From contig OX638155.1 of assembly GCA_951804945.1 (NCBI GenBank), positions 35,588,001 through 35,652,000 on the forward strand: a DNA stretch of 64,000 bases, read 5' to 3'. The first letter of the stretch is position 1. Each line of letters starts with the position of its first letter. This stretch comes from Podarcis cretensis (lineage: Eukaryota). Made by a program: the position numbers and the translations under genes. The notes below the pieces were generated by a model. The model had not been told where the DNA came from. It ran no database searches and worked only from the letters and a program-made list of their open reading frames with translations. Of the stretch, positions 1 through 10,317 are shown one piece after another.

Positions 1-464
1 TGCCTTGTTATAGGTAACGGGTATATTAGGGACCACCTCCTCCTCCTTATTCACCAGAATCTCTATGATTATCCAGGAGGCAATTTTGCAATACATCCAT
101 TCATAGCATTCTTATGATTTTGAGAAAGTCAGTGTTGGGCAGGCTGCAGCATGGGGCTTAGATGTCCGGTGAAACCCAAGTTCAAATTCCCGCTCAACTA
201 TGAAAATCAGTGGTCTAAACCTCCACTCCAATCTCCAAATTCTTAAAAATGTGCTTGTTGGAGGCCAGGCCAATTCAAAATGTACCAGATGAACAACAGA
301 GGTGGCTGCAGCACACAATTATGAAATCCCATCTCTGTGAAAATGTATAGTTTTGTGAAACAGTCCTCTTTGAGGGTCCATGCTTGTACACCTTCTGGAA
401 ACACTATGAAAATGGAGGTGGGAACAGATCAGTGGAAACCCTTCATAAGTTCTTCGTCTGATTA

Positions 465-1976
465 CACTGGGCAACAATTTTTTACTTTTTGAATGTTGTC
501 TAGATTTCTACAACTGATTTAGGGTATTTTTGCACTGCTGAATCAGGAAATGGCATCCGTTTCTCTCCATCAGGTCAGGTTTACTGTAAACTGAATGGTG
601 GGCACTGATAAAGGTAAGTACACGTAAATTGCATGTTGCTTCACCATTTTTCAAACTTCAGGGCTTGAACTTCCATTTCTTGGAACTCCTGGAATGCTCA
701 GCGGTAGGGAGGTCTCTCTTCAGAGTCCAACAGTAGTCAGCCATCATGACTGCATCCCAGCGACTCTGATACCTGGTCTCCATCTCTTTCATGTCCTGAT
801 GGAATCTCTCCCCCTGCTCATCACTCATTGAACCCAGGTTCTCAGGAAACCGGTCCATATGTGAAAATAGGTAGTGCATCTTGACGCTCATGTTGCAGCC
901 CAGGTTTCTGAAAGCAGTCAGCATGTTGTTGACAAGTTCTGTGTAGTTTCTGGCCTTATTGTTGCCAAGAAAGTTCTTCACTACCAGAACAAATGCCTTC
1001 CACTTCCAGTTCCACTTCGTTCATTGACTTTCCGAACTCTGGATCTCTGATGAGCTGACGGATCTGAGGACCGTCAAAGATGCCAGCTTTCAACTTCTCC
1101 ATGGTCAATCCTGGAAAAGTCTGGCACAAGTAAGTGAAGCAGTCACCATCCTTGTCCAGAGCCTTGGTGAACTGCTTGATTAAGCCAAGCTTGATGTGCA
1201 GCGGTGGGAAGAGTATTCTGTCTCTGTCCCCCAGAGGGTCGCTGATGACGTTCCTTTTTTTGCAAGGCACCAATTCCTTCCGCACAGGCCAGTCCTTCTT
1301 CGTGTAATGCTGAGCACGATCCCTACTATCCCACATGCACAGAAAACATGGGTACTTGGTGAAGCCAGACTGTTGTCCCAACAAAAAGTTCACCATCTTC
1401 AGGTCAACACAAATAAACCACTTATGCTGATCATAACCAATTTTCTCCAGCACATATTTCACCGCTTCATAGTTCTCCTTCAGTGTAGTCGAGTGAGCCA
1501 GGGGTATAGAGGCAAACTGGTTGCCGTTGTGTAGCAGAACACATTTCAGTGATCGCTTGCTGCTGTCAATGAACAGTCTCCAATCTTTGGGTTCATACTG
1601 TGGCACTCCAAGCTTGAGCAGAAGCCATGCAATATCTGCACAGTACACCAAGTCCTTCTCTTCCGAGAAAAAATGGAGGTTTTATGACTTCAAACTGATC
1701 CCTTTTCGACATAATCACCCAGAACTATCGGACCTGAATACTTCTTGTCATTAAAATAATCATTTCCAATCAAAACAATTATTCAACATGGCATTTTACC
1801 CCCACCAACTTCTTCTAAAATGTACATGTGAACAAAAACGTAAAAAATGACATGTGGCCATAGCTCAAAAACTTGACCTGATTGAGCAAAACCAATGTGA
1901 TTTTTGGATTCAGCGCATCAGATTCGTCCTAAATCAACTGAAAAAACACAGACAACAAATTTGTTGTTGACCAGTG
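465..1976 (-). mobile_element. Chapaev3 (CMC superfamily) DNA transposon, internally deleted non-autonomous copy
   Basis: Termini CACTGGGCAACA...TGTTGACCAGTG, imperfect inverted similarity over ~120 bp, 3-bp TSD TTA (462-464 and 1977-1979), transposase remnant inside. Confidence 0.88.
658..1681 (-). pseudogene. Chapaev3 transposase remnant (C-terminal ~340 aa, one frameshift near 1003, N-terminus deleted)
   Basis: ORFs 956..1651 and 658..981 join (..NEVELE / WKAFVLVVKNFLGN..). Motifs WRLFIDSS, VLLHNGN, ICVDLK, LGQQSGFTKYPCFLC, PPLHIKLG, SDEQGERFHQ. In-frame TAA at 1684-1682 and no ATG upstream. Confidence 0.88.
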
Positions 1977-2118
1977 TTATCAGCCAAATACCCAAATGCT
2001 CTTCTACTGATTTCTGAATGTTTTTTACTGAGTAGAAGGGAGCACCATGTCTGTGAATATACCTAGTGCTCTGCCAATCCCTTGCCTTTGCCTCATTATG
2101 CTGCTAACAGGCCTGCAC

Positions 2119-2201
2119 ACAGAATCATACAATTTAGAGTTGGAAGGGACCCTAAGGATCATCTAGTCCAACCTGAGACTGTCCTGAGACCTCCAAGTAT
2201 A

Positions 2202-2243
<42 letters not shown>

Positions 2244-2330
2244 CTCCTGCAATGCAGGAATTTGCAGCTATCCCATATGGGGGGACTGAATCTGCAACCT
2301 TGCACCACACTCTATCCAACTGAGCTAACC
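2119..2330 (-). mobile_element. tRNA-derived SINE with CR1-like tail (Squam3-like), interrupted by a LINE-tail/(AAT)n insert
   Basis: Minus strand begins TAGCTCAGTTGG (A-box-like) and ends GGGTCCCTTCCAACTCT...ATGATTCT (CR1 3' end). Confidence 0.7.
2202..2243 (+). repeat. (AAT)14 microsatellite
   Basis: Direct reading. Confidence 0.97.
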
Positions 2331-3608
2331 GTCTCTCATATCTAACCAGCTGCTTTTCAACTTCTTTATATATAAAAAAACATCCTTCCTTCATTTCTTT
2401 TCCCCAAGAACTCTACAGCTTATTGTGCTCATGTGTCTTAATGGCAGAATGAGTTAGCTGTGTGTCAAGAAGAGGGACGCATGTGCTCCTGAGTAGTAGG
2501 TCAGTGACCATGGCTTGTATAGTCTGCTACCAACGAGGTATAGCTTCTTTCCAGGCCTTTATGCCATTTGGAAGTAATTGCTTTTGGACAGATGGCAGGT
2601 GAACAGGGGGGCCCTGTGACCGCTTGCCTCTTCTCCGAACTCCTTGACAAAAAGACTCACTTCTAGACAACTGCAGCTCGATTTCTCTCTCTCTCCTGAA
2701 AAACCCCAGCACTTGAATTAACTTCACCGTGAAAGACATCAGACTTGCTATTCTCCAAGTCTACACCCAAGTCCCCAGCATTATAAAGGCTGCCAATGCC
2801 TTTCCTGGTCATTGTAGGATGGGGTCACCAACCTTGGTGGGTGCTTGTGCACATTTGTACACAGGAAAAAAAACCACTGTGGGCACCACACACCCCAGTG
2901 GTGGACTTTGGGCTTTAAAATTGGGTGGTGCCCCGCCTCTCGCCTTCCATTGTTTATCAGTTTTGTAGCACTCCTTGTGGCCCCCTCTCGGCTTGGTGAC
3001 CAGAGTGGACGAACCGGTCATGCTCCCCTAAATCTGGCTCTGCACACAACACAGCCCAAGCACAGACTGCACTCTATTCTATCAGCTACATTTGAAAGTT
3101 TCTTTCAATCCAAAGTCCCAAGGGGAAGAGGAGGAGGAGGCAGGAACCTTGTGGGCAACAAGGAAGACCTCTGTGGGCATGTGGGCACCATGCTAGCAAC
3201 CCCTGATTTATTCAATTATGACCACAAAGATTATTTTAGCAGTTAAGATGAAGGCATCACCTACCTCTCTAGGTGCAGGAGATTGTGGGACTGCGCATTC
3301 CCTTCATCCCAGCGATGTATAATAGCATAATAGCCATTTTGCACTGGATATTCTCCCAGTGACAACTTCTTCACTAGATGCAGTGTGCAAATAATTCCTC
3401 AGTAACACAGTTCTCATGGAAGGACAGGCAATAAAACTGCTTTGCAGGGATCACAATACTGCAAGATCACATCCTGTATCCACTCTGTGTAAATTGCAAC
3501 CCATGAATACAATTTTGAATTCCTGCCTTGGAAAATAAGTGCTTAGGATTGGATATACTACCACTGTGATGCCAAAATGTCTTAAGGGTTTGTGTGTCTA
3601 CAATGAGT

Positions 3609-3725
3609 CAGCCTTCCCCAACTTGCTGCCTTACATATATTATGGTCTACAACTCCCATCATATTCAGCTAGTTCACTTGCTGGTAGTCTAAAACACCTG
3701 GAGGGCACCTGGTTGGGGAAGTCTG
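3609..3725. mobile_element. Degraded palindromic hAT-type MITE (URR1-like)
   Basis: CAGCCTTCCCCAAC...GTTGGGGAAGTCTG inverted ends; internal CTACAACTCCCATCAT shared with the 60130 element. Confidence 0.55.
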
Positions 3726-4194
3726 ACCTAGGTGAATTACTCACCCCACTTATCAAGACTGCAGCAGAACAGCCATGACATCGAGGTTAAATCTATACCT
3801 TTACGGCAGTGTGATGTGGAGTATTGCTATGGAGAACATCACACATCCATCATCTTCTAAAGGGACTTTAGCTACCATCATGGAACTGGCTACATCAGCA
3901 GAACCACATATCCTTAGAACTGAGAGGCAGCCTTTCGTGCTGAGTTCATAACTAACAGGGAGCACAGCAGGACCCCAGAGTTGAAACAAAGTGTGTGGAG
4001 CAATGGAGGCCCAACTTGTGTGGTGGTGGAACTATGGGTACCTACAAAATTGATATCCAAATCCCTACTCTCCAGCTGTTTAAGTGGAAACAACAAATGG
4101 TAATTTGTAGTCATTAATTTTGATGTATAGGCTTCCCTATCCAAAAGGGCTCAACAGAGGTTGTGAAATTAGGATAACCTAAGTAAGAGGTAGA

Positions 4195-4551
4195 GGGACG
4201 CAGGTGGCGCTGTGGGTTAAAGCCTCAGCGCCTAGGACTTGCCGATCGAAAGGTCGGCGGTTCGAATCCCTGCGGCGGGGTGCGCTCCCGCTGCTCGGTC
4301 CCAGCGCCTGCCAACCTAGCAGTTCGAAAGCACCTCCGGGTGCAAGTAGATAAATAGGGACCGCTTACCAGCGGGAAGGTAAACGGCGTTTCCGTGTGCG
4401 GCTCTGGCTCGCCAGAGCAGCGATGTCACGCTGGCCACGTGACCCGGAAGTGTCTCCGGACAGCGCTGGCCCTTGGCCTCTTAAGTGAGATGGGCGCACA
4501 ACCCCAGAGTCTGTCAAGACTGGCCCGTACGGGCAGGGGTACCTTTACCTT
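4195..4551 (+). mobile_element. Sauria SINE (Squam1-type), full length, young
   Basis: tRNA-like head with B box GGTTCGAATCC, (ACCTTT)n tail, TSD TAAGTAAGAGGT (4180-4191 and 4552-4563). Confidence 0.93.
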
Positions 4552-7500
4552 TAAGTAAGAGGTGCTGACTGCAAAAAAATAAAAACCCTGAACCTCTTAA
4601 GGCATCTTGCCAGCAGTGCTCTGTCCCTGACTGTCCCCTCTGAATTTCCATCACATGTTGTACAGTGCATCCTAGATCTTGGGCAGCATTACTTAAAATC
4701 AATGAATTTATTGCCTGTACAGTTGGTAACTGTACTGACATCTAATTGTCTCCAAAATAATTTACTTTCTAACTAGCTCATTCTGTCTGTTGTCTTGTTT
4801 TCTCACCCACCCACCCTTCCTTTCATTTTATCTTAGAGCCGTCTTTCCCAGTCTGATGGATTTCCCCCACCAGTCTCCACTCTTCTGTTCTCTTTCCATC
4901 CATCTTTGCTCCTTTAATTATTGCTGAAGTTCCCCACGGGTCCATTTTCCTCCTCAGGTGCCCTCACTCCTTATCCTGCAATCTCTGCACACTACCACAA
5001 CAGGAGTGCCATTTTTACACCTGCCCAAACTATTCTTTGCTTTGGATACTCACATTTCTCCTGTGCCTCTCAATTATGGGATCTTCTTAACAAGGGCTTT
5101 AGTTCGCTTTCTTTCTAAGAGTGTCTTGGCACCCTGATCTGAGTTCCATTCCAGCTCATAGATACTGGAAATCTCTTATTTTTTACACATTTTCTCAACA
5201 ATCAGATTTCCCTGCAACTGCAAACTCACTCTACTAGCTGTCTTCCAAGATTCATCAGCTCCTATATGTCTCCCAATACAGCTGTGTTGGCTGATGGGAA
5301 TTGTAGTCAAGAACATCTAGAGTTCACATGTACTGCTAAGTCATGGTTTAATAACATATAGTTTAGAATTATATGTGAATGAGATGAATGTATTCCTGAT
5401 ATGGGCTGTTCGAACGAAGGGTCGCCTAGGTAGTAAGTTAAATGAAGAACCACCTGAAATCTTTGGAAACTGTGAATCCTCTCTCCCCCCCCACCTGAAA
5501 GATCTTGAAAGATCCTTAAATTATAAACCCAGAATCTGCTGCTTGTGTGCCTAGATAAGCAAATGAAGGCTGCTGAATATTAGTCTGAACCCTAATTTGG
5601 AATAAAAGTAACAGCAGAAGGGAGAGACATGTGATTGCAAAACGGTTCATGAATGTGTTCTGTTCCAGGCATCTGACTGTGCTGACTCTGCTGCAGAATG
5701 CACTCATCAAATCTATGGCTTTCAGCTGATGGAGTGGGAAATAGGCCTTTGACTGTAGTTCCGTATCTGAAAGGGAAGATTTTCACCGGCAATTGGCTGA
5801 GCAAAGACCTACTCACACAATAACAGCTGTGAACCCTGCTGAGGGCATCTGTTGGGTTGTTAATACTGCTTGGGAATCATATAGCTCTGACTGTGTTTTG
5901 TTTACTAGAGAAATTCCTATGCTTTTCAACAGCGTTAAAAGATATTGTACCTCCTGTTTGTTTATATATAATGCTGGGACTGTGTTGTCTCTGTTCCCTA
6001 CTGCTGATTTTCTTCCCTGCAGGGGGGCTAGCATATTGAAGGGCTTTTTTATTATTTTCATTTCAACTGAGTTATAATAATAATAATACCAGCCTAAATG
6101 TACAAATGTGCTGTTAAAACAAAGAGCGTTGCAGGGAGCTGGGGCCTGATTCTCTCGCTATTCTTACACCAGCATCTGTAGGGAGAAACATCAACTATGG
6201 CATTTGAGAAAAGGAAAAGAGGCCTTGCAGGTAGAATCACGAGACAATTTCCAGCCTCAGCACAAGTAACAACAATTTTAGGAAATGGGTGGGGAGCATA
6301 ATGCCTCTCAGAAACAATAATAGGAATTCTGCTAGTAAGCAGGACAGTAGCTAGTCCCCCTAAATTAAGCCATTCCATCACACAGTAAAACTCTTTCACT
6401 GCTGAAATGGAAATATTCAGGAAGCTGAATTTTTACATTCTGTGCTCCGGTGGAATTACAGGATACACAAACCATTCCCAATGAAAGAGTCACGAGCCTT
6501 GAAACACACACTTGGTTAACTGGTTCAATGCTGTCTCAAAAATGAAATGGCACATGACTAGTTCCAGTACTGTTCAGACCTGATCAGACTTTGCCTTTTG
6601 AAATATTCAGCACAATCGCTCCCTGTTATTTTCAGTATATCTCTGGACTGCCTGATTTAGTAGGGACCAGGTTTTCCCTGTGTCATTAATTGTGATAGAA
6701 GATATATATTGCAGGTGTGCTGTCACTACTGAGGATCTCCAGTCTAAGCAATGTGTAAAGTCACAGAAACGCTGTCATTCACTGAAGCCTACAACCCTAG
6801 CTACAATGTGAAAACTGGGTTTTCTGTGAAAGCTGGGCCACTTAACCTTGAAATGAATTCATGTATTTCATTCACTTCCTTATGACAGACTCTTATATCT
6901 AGGTAAGTTCCTTCCACCACTGTAATCTTTGGTTTTGGCTAATATGACTAAAAGGAAATCAGGAGCGACTTGAATTCTTCTCTGTCTTTAGTGTCACACA
7001 CTTAAAGAACTAAGATATAACTCTCCACACATTTGATACAGACATATTTGGTTTGAATGGCTAATGAAGTCTGAAGATCACCTTTTCATGGCAAACAGTG
7101 GTTCTGAATTTGTCCACAGGCTCTCTAGACATAATTGTGTGATGAATAAACATGAATCAATCCATCAATTGGGTGGTGATAAATTAGTGCTATTTCAACA
7201 GGGAAGTCATGTTTCTGATGACCATACCTTGCTGCATTCAACATTCAAGGATTTTACATGTCATAATAACGGCCTCAGCATCCTGAATTACACTTGCACA
7301 TGTCATGCAATTTCATATATCAAATGACATGTGTGCATGGAACTCAGGGCGCTTACAAGTTGAAATATGCCTAGAGTTAACCTGCAAGAAAAAACCATAG
7401 CTCCTCCTTGACACAAGCATCAAGAAAGGGGAAAGGTGTCAAATTGCTCCATCTTCTTCCCAATCTTGCTGTAGCAAGGGCTAGTCTGATTGTTTGCTTT

Positions 7501-8302
7501 TGGGGCAAACAGGTTTTAGATATTGGCACTCCATGTACACTTGCTTCAGAATGTTTTCCTGTTACAAAGGAAGAATGAGCCCCCACACTTTAACTCTCGG
7601 TGCCCTCACATAGGAGTAAGTGCTGGAAAAGGAAAAGTTATGTAACAGGTACTGTGCACCTACAAAGCTCGCAGTAGAAGTACCGCAAAAGTGAAATGGT
7701 AATGCTTTTCTTTCCTGTTTGCATTAGGTATAATAAGATGCAAGTGACAAATATTGGTTAATTGTGTTCTTTTCACACAGTGCTCTCACACTAACCATGT
7801 AATAGTCAGTTAATTTTTAATATACATATGTACATATTTATATACATGAGATACACAATACACTTATGTATATTTGCGTTCTTGTACACAGATATGCTCA
7901 GGTAAAACTACTTGCATTTGTTAAACCAGGTCTGTTTTTCTTTTTTATTAATTTAGCCCACAATAAAAGTTATTTTATATCAAAAGATGACCAAGCACCT
8001 TTTGTTCATGTACTGAATTTAAACACGGTGAGGTTTTTGCCTGCTTGGAACATATGGATAAATAATTACAATGGAAAATGGACATTGGATATAATATTGC
8101 TGACTACTCTGTTCATAAGCTGATGGTAATTTGTAATTGTTTATTTATAAGTATTCCAAAAGAACTGGACGTATTTTAGCTTTGTTTTCAGTTACAATAA
8201 TTAAAACACAGCACATATAAAAGCTTAGCAGATTTCACATATCATGAGCAGAGCAGTGTGCCAGCACATAACGCGCCCCCCCCACCCCCCGCAACAACCT
8301 GA

Positions 8303-8318
8303 TGACATCTAGTGGGCA
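8303..8318 (-). promoter_or_regulatory. CTCF-like motif
   Basis: Minus strand TGCCCACTAGATGTCA resembles the CTCF core CCACYAGRKGGCA; motif match only. Confidence 0.4.
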
Positions 8319-8379
8319 CTGTGATTGACTGATTGTTCCATAAGTTCACAGAAAGAAAATTAATGAGCAAAGCATAACA

Positions 8380-10180
8380 GAAACACTACCAAACATGTTT
8401 ATTTTACAAACTTGCAATAATAATATTTGGTAGAAATGAGGTTTTATTGCTTTTATAATGAAAAAAAAAAAATTTATTAAAAAAGAAGCAAGGATCAGTT
8501 GCTATTAAAACATCTTCAAAACAAATGGAGTTGGATTGTAGCTCAACTAGCTTGGCAACAGTCTGTCTGTGGAGGTGTCCAAGATTAGCATCATTATAAA
8601 ATAAGAAGGGCATAAGATGATGGTTCTAAGTAACTATAAAAGGAGTTGTGAGATAGTCTAACAAAACAATGTGATACAAAAGACAATTATTAATTGCTTA
8701 AAACATACAAATAAACTATTATTTTTAGTAAAGAAACATGGGTAAATTATATTTATTCTTTCAGCTGGTACTTGACTAAGCTAAATAACCTGGTACATCT
8801 ATTTCTTGAAAAAGGAAACAGCACTCTGGAGAAAAAATATCCTGCATAATAATACAGTACGTAAGATTCAGACAACTATCCATCAAGATTACATCAGATT
8901 AGAGTGTGTTATTTTCTTTTCTTTGTTGTAACTAACTCAGAAATATAAAGATTAAGTTTTGGAAGATGATGGATTTTCTACTATTATTCTGTTGTCCATT
9001 TTATCCTTTTTACCTGAGTAACCTTAAGAAAACGATTACAATGTGCATGTACTTGCCTGACTCAAGAGTTCCATGTACAGTCTATGTTCAAATGAAGTTT
9101 GTGGAGAGACCCTCATTATTTCAAACAGAAAGTCAATCCACATGTACAAAGAGGAACCATGTATGTGGATCAGTTCCATCTACTGAAATCAATGGGGGAA
9201 ACATTCCAGGAAGAGGAGTTGTGCATAGACACAGAAACTCCTACACCCAGAACAGACTGTTTGGGAATGATCCATTAAGCATGGGTGCTACATAACCATT
9301 TTCCATGGGGCTTGAGCAAAATCCCCACTAAAACGACGAAAGCTGCACAGAACCCATTGTTGGTGGATTTTCTTTCATCCAAGGTTAATTTCTATATATG
9401 AAATGTTCAGTAATGCGCTTATGCTTCTGGAGTATAGCTTTACAAATACAAAGCAGCTAGGAGTTTATAAAACATTTACTGAACAGTAAAGTCTAGGTCA
9501 ATCTGTACAGATCGGTAGGTATAATGTAAATATGTACAGGAATTTATTTCCATCACGTTTTGTGCAATGTGGCCTCCATCTGCAATTGAAAGGCTGCTAT
9601 CTATGACACGGATTTCTTAATGCAGCTAGCAATGGAGAGTACAGGGGAGGAAAAAGGACCACAGATCCCAAACAAATACTGTGCTACGCAGACAGCTGTA
9701 CATAATTCATATAGTGCATATATCAGTTACATAGAGCAGCAAATACAGACAATCGCATTTACAGTTTCTAGGCTTGTTACACTTTTTTTTACGTGGGAAT
9801 GAATGAATATTCCGATGAAAGAATGTGTCTATCAGTAAATTATGAGCTTACAGGAAAAAATGTTTTCAGTTTCATGTGCAGAAAAATAGTGCAGTAGGAA
9901 TAAATCCTTTACAGTAGCAATTAAATAATTCAGTAGCACTGTTAACTCAGAAGTTTAAAAAAGCTGTGTACAAAAGGAAATATGTTTGTTCTGAACAGTT
10001 CTGCTAATAAGCTCACTGTAACACCTCAAAGAGGTTCTCCATCTTTTTTGTGCTGTTTGCTCCATTTTTCTGGTTATTACTTTTCTTCTCTCTATTACAG
10101 ACTGAAGTAGAGTGTGAATGCTTGAAGCAATTTCTAGGTATAGTCACATTGGTGGAAAAAACACAGGTGTGCAGTCACTT
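8380..10180 (-). other. ATP9B: Putative ATP9B 3'UTR (~1.8 kb)
   Basis: AT-rich sequence without recognisable TEs after the stop; end inferred from the AATAAA cluster. No transcript evidence. Confidence 0.5.
8398..8478 (-). terminator. Cluster of three AATAAA polyadenylation signals
   Basis: TTTATT on + at 8398-8403, 8443-8448 and 8473-8478, followed on the minus strand by a GU/U-rich tract (~8355-8393). Confidence 0.5.
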
Positions 10181-10317
10181 TTACGAGGTAAGTTTGGAAT
10201 AACTTGGAGGAGAAAATTTACGTTTTAAGTACTTCAGAATATAAAGTGGAAGACAGCTTACTACAGTGATGGCTGACACTTTCCACAGGAAGGTCACAGT
10301 TGTGATAAAGGCAAGAT
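10181..10317 (-). CDS. ATP9B: ATP9B terminal coding exon: (D)[10 protein letters not shown]...[10 protein letters not shown]
   Basis: tatag|AT CTT; TAA stop at 10183-10181. Confidence 0.95.

Noticed and set aside
4195-4275. tRNA gene or CTCF site at the SINE heads (also 22916)
   Set aside because: The A/B boxes belong to the SINE, with no full cloverleaf. GCAGGTGGCGC lacks the key upstream CC of the CTCF motif.
1-10000. NFATC1 promoter or exons expected downstream of ATP9B by human synteny
   Set aside because: No CpG island or NFATC1-like coding sequence is visible; it is presumably beyond the left edge.
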